From Candidatus Multivoradales bacterium (lineage in GTDB: Bacteria > Acidobacteriota > Thermoanaerobaculia > Multivoradales > J023), in assembly GCA_965248925.1 (NCBI GenBank), contig CBDFLE010000005.1, positions 1,536,001 through 1,600,000 of the forward strand: 64,000 nt of DNA. Direction: 5' to 3'. Numbering within the stretch: position 1 is the first letter of the stretch; every line of letters begins with the position of its first letter. Both the position numbers and the translations under genes were made by a program. Below, piece after piece: positions 53,643 through 62,517 of this stretch. The notes beneath the pieces are model-generated. The model saw nothing but the letters and a program-made list of their open reading frames with translations. It was not told the DNA's origin and made no database searches.

Positions 53643-55617
53643 GCCCCTCTCACCCTTGATCGACGAGTTGCTGCTCAAAGTAGATCGGGAAGCCGAACAG
53701 CACCGGCGCGACAAGCCGGGAATCGATACCGACGGGCCGCGCGGCCGCACCCGGCCGGTGGACGGCCGGGCGGTGACCGCGGCGCTCAATCGCGCCCTGG
53801 CGACCCGCCTCGGCGTCGAGATTCAAGACCTGCCGCAGCCATTGGGCGCCTGGCCCGACGAAGGCGGCGACATTGAAGCCTACCTCCACGCCGCTTATGC
53901 TCTGCTGGTGGGTCGCGAACCTGATGCGGCCGGTCTGGAGTTCCACAGCCGTGAAATCGCCAGTGGCCGGCGACCCCGAGAGGCGGTGCTCAGCGACCTG
54001 GAAACCTCGGCCGAAGCCGCCGCGATGGCCGCCCGCGCCGCCCCCTGGCCACTCGATTTCCTGGCCCGCCAGGCAGCCGGCGAGGGGCCGACCCGCGAAC
54101 CTTCTCCTCCTCCCCCAGCCACCCTCCGCGTGCCCCGCGCAACCCCCGCCACCGAGCCCCTATCCGCGCCCGGCTCGTCAGTCGCTGCCGGCGAAATACT
54201 ATGCGGTGAGCGCAACGCCTTCGTCCGCCGTGCCTACCGCATGGTGCTCGGGCGCGAAGCGGGGGCAGCAGGCCACAAGCTCTACTACCGCAAGCTGGCG
54301 GCGGGTCGGCTGTCGCGCGGCGAGTTGCTGTGGCACCTCCGCCATTCGCCAGAAGGCGAAGCGCACGGGGTCGAGATCCGCGGCCTGGTCGCCCACCGCT
54401 TCCACGGCCGCTGTGGTCGGCTGCCCGTACTCGGGCCGCTCTATCGCTGGCTGCGGACGCTGATCGAACTACCGCGGCGGCTGCGGCAACTCGAGCACAC
54501 CACCGCTGACTCGCAACAGAGTGAGCAACGCCTAGCCGCCCTCGAGCAAAGCCTGACGGAGCTAGGAACCGAGATCGAACGCTGGACAACTCTCTCTAGC
54601 GAGCATGCCGAAACCTTGAGCACGACCGTGGCCAGCGAAGCGGCCGCCCGTCGGCGCTCGGTAGCCACCCTCTATCGCCGCGCCCTCGAAGCACTGGCCG
54701 TCGAACGCCGCACCGCCGACAACGCCTTGGAACGCGCCACCCAACGTCTACGTCGCGGCGAGTTGACAGCGTTGCGCGGTGCCCTCCAAAGTCTCGACAG
54801 CGAACTCAAGAGTGAATCCCAGAGCCGCGGGACGCTCGCCAGCTTCGCCGACCAGCTGTTCAGCGAGCAACAGGAACAAGCCGCAGCGCTCGCCGACCTA
54901 CGCCAGCAAACCACCCGCCTCGATCCGGCAAGAGTGCTCGCCGACGCGGACAGCAACGACGATTTCTACGTCGCCCTTGAAGAGCGCTTCCGCGGTCCTA
55001 GAGAGGCAATCCGTGAGCATCTGAAGGTCTATCTGCCCCATCTGCACACCGCCCTGAAGGATACCTCGGGCCCCTTGCTCGACCTCGGCTGCGGCCGCGG
55101 CGAGTGGTTACAGCTGCTGCACGATGAGGGTTGGGGGGCTAGCGGCGTCGATCTCAATCGCCGCTTCGTCGAACAGTGCCGCGACCACGATCTCGACGTC
55201 GAGCAGGGCGACGCCCTGCGTGTGCTGGCGGCTCGGCCGGCCGGCTCCCTAGCCGCCGTCACCGCCTTCCACCTGGCCGAGCACCTGCCGACCACCGACT
55301 TGTTGAGCCTGCTCGACCAGGCCCACCGAGTGCTGGCTCCGGGCGGCCTGCTGCTGCTCGAAACACCCAATCCGGAAAATCTCTTGGTGGGAGCCTGCAA
55401 CTTCCATCTCGATCCCACCCACCGTCAACCCCTGCCGCCGCTGCTGCTGGAGTTCTTGCTCCAAGCGCGGGGATTCGAAGAAGTCGAAGTCCTGCGCTTG
55501 CTGACCCAGCCTGAAGGCACTCAGATCGTGCCCAGAATCGACCGTGCCCCCGGCGGGGAGCTGTGGCTGGACTTCTTCGGCGCCATGAACTACGCCGTGC
55601 TGGGGCGCCGTCGATGA
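53635..55617 (+). CDS. Class I SAM methyltransferase with two DUF4214-like repeats and a coiled coil
   Basis: AYALLVGREPDAAG and FVRRAYRMVLGRE repeats, a heptad-rich middle, and YVALEERFRG, LDLGCGRGEWL, ETPNP, HLDPTH. Confidence 0.88.
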   Translation: MPEPLSPLIDELLLKVDREAEQHRRDKPGIDTDGPRGRTRPVDGRAVTAALNRALATRLGVEIQDLPQPLGAWPDEGGDIEAYLHAAYALLVGREPDAAGLEFHSREIASGRRPREAVLSDLETSAEAAAMAARAAPWPLDFLARQAAGEGPTREPSPPPPATLRVPRATPATEPLSAPGSSVAAGEILCGERNAFVRRAYRMVLGREAGAAGHKLYYRKLAAGRLSRGELLWHLRHSPEGEAHGVEIRGLVAHRFHGRCGRLPVLGPLYRWLRTLIELPRRLRQLEHTTADSQQSEQRLAALEQSLTELGTEIERWTTLSSEHAETLSTTVASEAAARRRSVATLYRRALEALAVERRTADNALERATQRLRRGELTALRGALQSLDSELKSESQSRGTLASFADQLFSEQQEQAAALADLRQQTTRLDPARVLADADSNDDFYVALEERFRGPREAIREHLKVYLPHLHTALKDTSGPLLDLGCGRGEWLQLLHDEGWGASGVDLNRRFVEQCRDHDLDVEQGDALRVLAARPAGSLAAVTAFHLAEHLPTTDLLSLLDQAHRVLAPGGLLLLETPNPENLLVGACNFHLDPTHRQPLPPLLLEFLLQARGFEEVEVLRLLTQPEGTQIVPRIDRAPGGELWLDFFGAMNYAVLGRRR

Positions 55618-56672
55618 AGGTCGCGGTCTGCGCGCTGGATCCGCCGACCAGCGGCATCGGCGGCGCCGAGCTGCTCACCCGCGGCTTGTGCCGGGCGCTG
55701 CGGACCGCGGATCACCAGGTCGAACTGATCCGGCGGCCCTTTCACTACCAGCCCCCTGAAGCGGTCAGCAGCAGCATGGCGGCCTGGCAGGGAGCCCTCG
55801 ATGAAGTCGAGGCGGAACGGGTTGTCTGCCTGCAATTCCCGACCTACCTGGCAGCCCACCCGCGGCGCGTGCTGTGGCTCCTGCATCAACACCGCGCGGT
55901 TTACGAACTGTGGGACACCCCGCTCGGTGGCAGCCTGTCGAGCCACCACGCGGGCCGCCAGCTGCGCCGGACCATCCACCAAACAGACCACCGAGTCTTG
56001 CCCCAGATCAACCCACGATTCACCATCGGCGCTCGGGTGTCGGCGCGACTCGAAGAATTCACCCAACTCAGCAGCCAAGTCCTGTGGCACCCACCACCAG
56101 CCGCCGACAAGTTCTACCGCCGACCTGCCGAGCCCTTCATTTTCGCCCCCAGCCGACTGGAAGATCACAAGCGGCAGCATCTGTTGATCGACGCCATGCG
56201 CCATGTGCGTAGCCCGGTAGTGGCCTTGCTGGCCGGCGAAGGAGGGCAGCGCCTGGCTCTCGAGCAGCGGATCGAGCGCTACGGATTGGGCGACCGCGTG
56301 CGGCTGCTCGGCGAGGTCGACTCCGATACCCTGCGGGCCCTCTACTCCCTCTGCCTGGCGGTCTTCTTCGCCCCTTTCGACGAGGACTATGGCTACGTCA
56401 CGCTGGAGGCCATGCTGGCGTCGAAACCGGTTCTGACCACCCTCGACGCCGGCGGGCCGCTAGAATTCGTCGTTGCCAACGAGACCGGCTGGGTGGTCGC
56501 CCCCGAAGCCAAAGCCATCGCCGATCAGATCGATCGCTTGGCCGGCAATCGGCGTTTGTCAGAGGAGCTGGGAAGCGCCGGCCGGCAGCACTACGACTCG
56601 CTAGGGATCTCCTGGCAACGAGTAGTGAGCACCTTGCTGGCGAAGGCGCCACCCGCGGCTGACCTGCGATAG
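55614..56672 (+). CDS. GT4 glycosyltransferase
   Basis: MKVAVC..GGAE, SRLEDHKRQ, EDYGYVTLEAM, GGPLEFV. ATG at 55614 overlaps the upstream TGA (ATGA). Confidence 0.92.
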   Translation: MKVAVCALDPPTSGIGGAELLTRGLCRALRTADHQVELIRRPFHYQPPEAVSSSMAAWQGALDEVEAERVVCLQFPTYLAAHPRRVLWLLHQHRAVYELWDTPLGGSLSSHHAGRQLRRTIHQTDHRVLPQINPRFTIGARVSARLEEFTQLSSQVLWHPPPAADKFYRRPAEPFIFAPSRLEDHKRQHLLIDAMRHVRSPVVALLAGEGGQRLALEQRIERYGLGDRVRLLGEVDSDTLRALYSLCLAVFFAPFDEDYGYVTLEAMLASKPVLTTLDAGGPLEFVVANETGWVVAPEAKAIADQIDRLAGNRRLSEELGSAGRQHYDSLGISWQRVVSTLLAKAPPAADLR

Positions 56673-56703
56673 GTTCGCTAAGATAGGTCTCAGCCTCAAC
56701 ACC

Positions 56704-59187
56704 ATGAAAATCGCCATCCTAGCTCCCAGCCCCGTGCCCTTCACCGTAGGTGGCGCCGAGCGTTTCGTCTGGGGCTTGCTCGACCACTTCAATCGGGCAA
56801 CACCGCACCGCGCCGAGCTGATCAAGCTGCCGCTGCACGAGAGTGGTTTCTGGCAGCTGGTCGGCTCCTATCGGGCGTTCTCGCGCCTCGATCTGGACCA
56901 CTTCGATCTGGTGGTGTCGACCAAGTATCCGAGCTGGATGGTTCATCACCGCCACCATCGGGTGTTGATGCTGCACAAGCTGCGCGGGCTCTACGACACC
57001 TATCCGAACCCTCCAGCAGACCCGGCCGACCTTCACCCGGCGGTCAGCAAGGTCCGCGAACTGCTGCATCAGCCGCCGAATCGCGAGTCGCTGGCGGTGC
57101 TTTTCGACCACCTTGATCGGGCACGTCGCGATCGCTCCCTGCCGCTGGCTGCCCTGCGCTTCCCCGGCCCCTTGGCTCGCGAGGTGGTGCACTTTCTCGA
57201 CGCCGTGGGCCTGGCGCCGCCAGCGATCAGCGGCTACGCGGCGATCTCGCACAACGTGCGCCAGCGGCAGGACTATTTCCCCGCCGGCAGTGAGGTCACA
57301 GTCTGCCATCCACCGCCAGCCCATCGCTGCCCCGATAGCGACGGCGGACAGGGCTACTTCCTCACCCTGGCGCGCTTCGACAACGGCAAGCGAGTTCGCT
57401 TGATGGCTGAAGCCTACCGCTTGGCGAGCACCGAGCTGCCCTTCAAGATCGTCGGCAGTGGACCCCAAGAGGCCGAGTTGCGCGCCATGGCGGCGGCGGA
57501 TCCGCGCCTGGAATTGCTCGGCGCGGTAGCCGAGGCAGCCGTACCAGCCCTCTATGCGGGCGCGCTGGCGGTGCTTTACACCCCTTACGACGAGGACTAT
57601 GGGCTGGTGGCGGCCGAGGCCCTGGCGACCGGCAAACCGGTGATCACCACCGCCGATGCAGGGGGTCCGTTGGAACTGGTCGAGCATGGAGTCAATGGCC
57701 TGGTGGCAGCGCCCGAGGCGACCGCCCTGGCCGCTGAAATCGACCTCCTGGCCAGCACCCCGGAACTGGCCGCCGAACTCGGCGCCGCCGGCCTGAGGGT
57801 CGCCGCCGAACTCACTTGGGAACGTCTGACGGAAGACCTGTTGAGAACTTCGCCAGGCGCCAGCGCCGCCGTCCAGCGCCAGCGACGACCCAAGCTCACC
57901 GTCGCTACCACCTACCCTATTTATCCACCGCGGGGCGGCGGCCAGAGCCGCGTTTTTCACCTCTACCGCCACTTGGCGGAGCACTGGGACATCGAAGTGG
58001 TGAGCTTCACCGACCATGGCGAGGCAGCTTTCGCAGGCCCCATCGCCGCCGGCCTGAGGGAGATCCGATTGCCTAAATCGGCGGTGCATGAGCATCGCGA
58101 GCGGCTGATCGCCGAAACCCTCGGTGGCTTGCCGGCCACTGATCTGCTGATGCCTGAGCTGTGGTCGTTGACCCCTGAATATGGCGAGCGGCTGCGCGCT
58201 TCAGGTCAGGACGCCGAAGCGGTCGTCGCTTGCCAACCCTACTTGTGGCCGGCAATCGACGGCTGTCTGGCCAACAAGCCGCTGTTTTATGACTCACAGA
58301 ACGTCGAAGCGAATCTCAAGGCCGCCGTGCTGCCGGACAACCCGCTCGGCCAACACTGGCTCGCCGAGGTTCGCCGAGTCGAAGGCGAGTGCTGCCGGCA
58401 AGCCCTCCTGACCTTGGTTTGCAGCCTCGACGAAGGCACCGAGATGGCGACCCTCTACGGCCTCGACGCGGACCGTTTTAGACTGGTGGCCAACGGTACC
58501 GACCTCGATTCGGTCACCTACGTCGATCTCGAAGAACGCCTCCTAGCAAGGCTCCGTGGCGGCCTCGAAGACACCTTCTGCGCCCTCTTCATGGGCAGCT
58601 GGCATCCTCCCAATCTGAAAGCACTGGAAGTGATCCTCGCCCTGGCAGAGTCCACGCCCGATATCTGTTTTCTGGTCATGGGCAGTGTTGGTCAAGCGGT
58701 GCGACGTGACGCCCTGCCCGGCAATGTGGCACTGCTCGGAGTGGTCGACAACCCAACCAAAGATCTGCTGCTGGGCATCGCCGATGTGGCGCTAAACCCT
58801 ATGTCCAATGGCGCCGGCACAAATCTGAAAATGCTCGATTATCTGGCCGCCGGCCTGCCGCTGCTGTCGACCCCTTTCGGCGCCCGCGGCCTCGACCTCG
58901 ACCCCGAGCGCCATCTCTGGTTAGCCGATCTCGACGACCTCGGCGAGGCTCTCGCCCAGTTGCGTTCAAGCAGTGACGAGGAACGAGCCAAGCGCGCCGC
59001 CGCCGGCTACCAGCAGGTCCGCCAGCACTACAGCTGGCGCTCCATCGCCGAGCACTATCACCGCGCTTTGCGGCTGGCGCTGGGGCTCGCCGAAGAGTCC
59101 TCCAGCCTTCCCGCCGCGCCGATCCGCACCAACTCCAGTCGCTCCACCGCCAGCGCCAACAGGCGCTCGTCATCGGCGGTCCGCTGA
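56704..59187 (+). CDS. Tandem two-domain GT4 glycosyltransferase
   Basis: First GT-B: GGAE, EDYGLVAAEAL. Second GT-B: YPPRGGGQSR, FMGSWHPPN, GAGTNLKMLDYLAAGLP. Confidence 0.92.
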   Translation: MKIAILAPSPVPFTVGGAERFVWGLLDHFNRATPHRAELIKLPLHESGFWQLVGSYRAFSRLDLDHFDLVVSTKYPSWMVHHRHHRVLMLHKLRGLYDTYPNPPADPADLHPAVSKVRELLHQPPNRESLAVLFDHLDRARRDRSLPLAALRFPGPLAREVVHFLDAVGLAPPAISGYAAISHNVRQRQDYFPAGSEVTVCHPPPAHRCPDSDGGQGYFLTLARFDNGKRVRLMAEAYRLASTELPFKIVGSGPQEAELRAMAAADPRLELLGAVAEAAVPALYAGALAVLYTPYDEDYGLVAAEALATGKPVITTADAGGPLELVEHGVNGLVAAPEATALAAEIDLLASTPELAAELGAAGLRVAAELTWERLTEDLLRTSPGASAAVQRQRRPKLTVATTYPIYPPRGGGQSRVFHLYRHLAEHWDIEVVSFTDHGEAAFAGPIAAGLREIRLPKSAVHEHRERLIAETLGGLPATDLLMPELWSLTPEYGERLRASGQDAEAVVACQPYLWPAIDGCLANKPLFYDSQNVEANLKAAVLPDNPLGQHWLAEVRRVEGECCRQALLTLVCSLDEGTEMATLYGLDADRFRLVANGTDLDSVTYVDLEERLLARLRGGLEDTFCALFMGSWHPPNLKALEVILALAESTPDICFLVMGSVGQAVRRDALPGNVALLGVVDNPTKDLLLGIADVALNPMSNGAGTNLKMLDYLAAGLPLLSTPFGARGLDLDPERHLWLADLDDLGEALAQLRSSSDEERAKRAAAGYQQVRQHYSWRSIAEHYHRALRLALGLAEESSSLPAAPIRTNSSRSTASANRRSSSAVR

Positions 59188-61394
59188 GCATCGGGGAGGT
59201 CGAAGGCAATGATGTTCGGGGTCCGGACGCTGAGTATTGCCGCCGGCACCAGCAAGCTTCGATCACTGGCGTCGAAACCCTCGAACCACAACTCGCCGAG
59301 GTCTTTCCCGTTGATCTGCACCCGCACCCGCTGACTACCGAGAGCGCGGGCACGCAGCTGCAATCGATGGTCCCAGCCTGCCGCGCCCTTAGGCAGCGGA
59401 TAAGCCAGCCGGGAGCGTTCGCCATCGGTCCACCGCCAACCAGCCTCGGCACGGCTAAAGCCATCCAGGAAGTAAGGCTCGGCATCGAAGCCCAGCCCGG
59501 CCCGCGGCGCCTCGAGCGGTGAGATCCACAGCGAACGCAAGGCAATCCCCACTACCCGACCATCTAGGGCGCTGGCCGGAGCCGCACCCGGCACCAGAAC
59601 CTGCAGAGAGTGGCTCGCTGGGGAACCGCCAGCCGCAGCCTCGGCACTGCTCAGGAAGGCTTCTCTGGAGAAGGCAAAACGGCCGATCTGAGGCTCGAAA
59701 CCAGCGTAGACCCAGCGGCCTAGGGTCGTGCCATCCAGGCGCAACTCGACCTCCTGCCGCCCATTCCCGCTGGCTTCCAAATGGAGCACATAGCTCGACC
59801 CGCGCGGCGCCTTCTGCAAGCGAAAATGCAAAGAGGAAGTCCCGTCCGACCACTGCCATTGTCGTTCCGGATGATGCCAGCCATCAAACACCGCCCGCTC
59901 GCCCCCGGGCTCGATCGCTTCGCCAAAGGAGTAGGGCAGCAACTCAAGCCACTGGTGTTTGAGATAGCGCGCCTCCAGATTGCCGAGCCGGGCCAAGAAC
60001 TGCGGGTGACGCCAATCGAAGAGCAGATGTGGGTTGCGCTCCAAATCGGGCATCACGCTCCACAGCCGCGGCGCTGGATTGAACAGCCCCTGCCAGACAT
60101 GGATCCAAATGGCGACAACCCCGAGCAGCAGATAGGCGAAAGCCCACCCGCGAGCCACCGTCGACGATTGGCCAGGGCCGCGCAAGCGCTCCCAAACCAA
60201 AGCCGCCAGCAGCGCGACAGGAGGCATCATTTCGGTCAAGAGCCGCGGCCCAAAAGAGTATCCGCCCCACCAATAGCCCTTGATCGAAGCGCCCAGCAAA
60301 TGACTACCCCACCACACCGCCAGCAGCCAAAAGAGCGGCTGCTGGACCAGCTGCCGCAGCTTGAAAACCACTCCCGCAAGCACCACGATCACAAACGGAC
60401 AGAAGATCAGCAACCCGCGGGACGGACTGATCAGATTGCCCTGCAAGCCGTGCAACAGCGGCGTCCAGGCAGTCAGCCGTCGCGGCGAGTAGTACTCGGG
60501 GATTTGCTCACCCAACAGCCACCATCCAGCGACCGCCGCGAGAGCCACCACCACCGCCGCAGCAGCTGCCCACCAAAGGGCCCGGCGCGTCTGCGACCGG
60601 GCGTAAAGAAGGGCGCCATAAACCACCACGGCGACCACGAAAAATCCCGCCGTCGGCCGACAGGCGTAAGCTGCGACCAGCAAGATCCCGACATAGAGCG
60701 GCCGCGAGCGGGCGCCCGGCAGGCGCCGCGCCCGCACCAACTGGCGCAACGCCAACAACAGGAAAACCAAAACAAAGTCAATGCTCCACAAACCCGTGGC
60801 CAGGGTGCTTATCAGCATGCTGCCGAGGGTGCTCAGCAGAGCGATCACCAAGCCAGCACGGTGGCCTACGAGCAGTCGGCAAATCTGGTAGAGCAGCACG
60901 AAGATCCAAGCCGTCAGCAGCGCCGAGAACACATCCTGCAACGCCGCCTCGTCAGCCAACAACAGCATGTTGAAGCCCAGCCGACGTGCTAGCCATACCG
61001 CCGGCACGGACAGTAGCGGCACGACCGGCGAAAAATAGAAACTGCCTCCATCACGATGCCGAATCCGGTAGTCCCCATCGAGATCATAGGTCAGCAGCGG
61101 ATGGTCGCGGTAGACCTCCAGATCGGGGCTGTGGTGTTCGAGCCAGGCTTGGGAGGCGAGTAACAGCAGGGCCGAGTCGGAGTTCGCGGTCTCGATCGGC
61201 GTACCCCAAGCCAACGCGGCGATCAACAACCCCAAGACAAAGGTACGCAGGGGGTGCTCGGCAAACCAGATCGGAGGTGGTTTGCAAACCACCGGGACTG
61301 CTGTACCATCGGGGCCTGACGAATCAGGGTTCCTGCTGCTCGAATGTGCCTTGTTTGACGTTCGGCCGCTTATTGAAGATGTTTTTGAACTCAT
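59058..61394 (-). CDS. Polytopic membrane protein, GT-C-like, with two C-terminal beta-rich domains
   Basis: About 10 TM segments, NSDS loop, CRPT, SPSRGLLIFCP, WWGGYSFGPRLLTE, two GW/F..E..W.W modules. True start uncertain; the 3' end overlaps the convergent GT4. Confidence 0.75.
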   Translation of the reverse strand: MSSKTSSISGRTSNKAHSSSRNPDSSGPDGTAVPVVCKPPPIWFAEHPLRTFVLGLLIAALAWGTPIETANSDSALLLLASQAWLEHHSPDLEVYRDHPLLTYDLDGDYRIRHRDGGSFYFSPVVPLLSVPAVWLARRLGFNMLLLADEAALQDVFSALLTAWIFVLLYQICRLLVGHRAGLVIALLSTLGSMLISTLATGLWSIDFVLVFLLLALRQLVRARRLPGARSRPLYVGILLVAAYACRPTAGFFVVAVVVYGALLYARSQTRRALWWAAAAAVVVALAAVAGWWLLGEQIPEYYSPRRLTAWTPLLHGLQGNLISPSRGLLIFCPFVIVVLAGVVFKLRQLVQQPLFWLLAVWWGSHLLGASIKGYWWGGYSFGPRLLTEMMPPVALLAALVWERLRGPGQSSTVARGWAFAYLLLGVVAIWIHVWQGLFNPAPRLWSVMPDLERNPHLLFDWRHPQFLARLGNLEARYLKHQWLELLPYSFGEAIEPGGERAVFDGWHHPERQWQWSDGTSSLHFRLQKAPRGSSYVLHLEASGNGRQEVELRLDGTTLGRWVYAGFEPQIGRFAFSREAFLSSAEAAAGGSPASHSLQVLVPGAAPASALDGRVVGIALRSLWISPLEAPRAGLGFDAEPYFLDGFSRAEAGWRWTDGERSRLAYPLPKGAAGWDHRLQLRARALGSQRVRVQINGKDLGELWFEGFDASDRSLLVPAAILSVRTPNIIAFDLPDAQRTADDERLLALAVERLELVRIGAAGRLEDSSASPSASRKAR

Positions 61395-61474
61395 TGGAAA
61401 GTCTATGGCGCGCCGATCCCGAACATCTTACACTCGTTGGCAGCCCACCCCCGGGCAGCCCCACCCGAGCTGAT

Positions 61475-62503
61475 ATGGCACATCCTCACTCGGTCCCGTC
61501 CTTTCTCACGGCGGGGCTGCTGGTGATAGTGCTGTTCGCATTGCTGCCTGGAGTCGAGCCCGAAGCTCAGACCGAGGTCACCGACTCGAACGCTGCCACG
61601 GCCCCTGCGGAAGACCTGCCCGCGGAAAGCTTGCCCGCAGCCTTTTTCCTCGGCCCGCAAGCCTGCTTGCAATGCCACTTCGAGCGCTTTGAAAGCTACG
61701 AGAACAGCCCCCACGGGCTGATCAACGATCCCCGCACTCCGGCGTCGCGTAACGGCTGCGAGACTTGCCACAACCCCGGCAGCAACCACGTCGGAGGGGG
61801 TGGCGGCCGCGGCATCGGCGAAATGCAGAACTTCACCGACGCGACACCGGTGGGGGTGCGCAACGGGGTCTGCCTGCAATGCCACAACCGCGGCTATCCG
61901 GCGCTGTGGATGGGCAGCATGCACGAGACCCGGCAACTCGCCTGCACCGACTGCCACAGCATTCACAAGGGCCATCGCAAACTGCTAGTCGAAGCCAGCC
62001 AACCGCAGGTCTGCACTCGCTGCCACCAGCTGATTCGCGCTCAACTGCTGCGCCCCTCTCGCCATCCAATCCGTGAAGAAAAGCTGGTCTGCACCGACTG
62101 CCACAATCCCCACGGCACCCTCACCGAGCGGCTGATCGACGCCAATACGGTGAACGAGAAGTGCTACGACTGCCATGCCGAAAAGCGTGGCCCGTTCCTC
62201 TGGGACCATCCGCCGGTGCGCGAGAGCTGCCTCAATTGCCATGAGCCCCACGGCTCAACCCACGAGCCGCTGCTCAAGCTCAAACGCCCCTTCCTCTGCC
62301 AGCGTTGTCACGCCGACCCGGACCACGCCAACGTTCTGTGGGCGCTGAGCGAGGAAGAAGCCGCCGCCGGCCTGTCGCCCTACGAACTGCCGGACCGCCG
62401 CAGCGGCCGTCCGGCGGCGCAGCTCTTCAACCGGAGCTGTACCAATTGTCACGTCAACTTCCACGGCAGCAACCACCCCTCCGGGCGTTGGTTCCATCGC
62501 TAG
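61475..62503 (+). CDS. mtrA: Periplasmic decaheme c-type cytochrome, MtrA/DmsE/PioA family
   Basis: Ten CxxCH motifs counted, plus AEKRGPFLWDH.PV.ESC and HGSNHPSG family motifs. Signal peptide from ATG 61475; the ORF-track extension to 60986 is unlikely. Confidence 0.95.
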   Translation: MAHPHSVPSFLTAGLLVIVLFALLPGVEPEAQTEVTDSNAATAPAEDLPAESLPAAFFLGPQACLQCHFERFESYENSPHGLINDPRTPASRNGCETCHNPGSNHVGGGGGRGIGEMQNFTDATPVGVRNGVCLQCHNRGYPALWMGSMHETRQLACTDCHSIHKGHRKLLVEASQPQVCTRCHQLIRAQLLRPSRHPIREEKLVCTDCHNPHGTLTERLIDANTVNEKCYDCHAEKRGPFLWDHPPVRESCLNCHEPHGSTHEPLLKLKRPFLCQRCHADPDHANVLWALSEEEAAAGLSPYELPDRRSGRPAAQLFNRSCTNCHVNFHGSNHPSGRWFHR

Positions 62504-62517
62504 GCGAGGAGGCTAAG

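Noticed and set aside
56719-60992. Long ORFs 56719-58095 (-) and 59781-60992 (+)
   Set aside because: Antisense to well-supported GT4 and membrane-protein genes, with no recognisable motifs.
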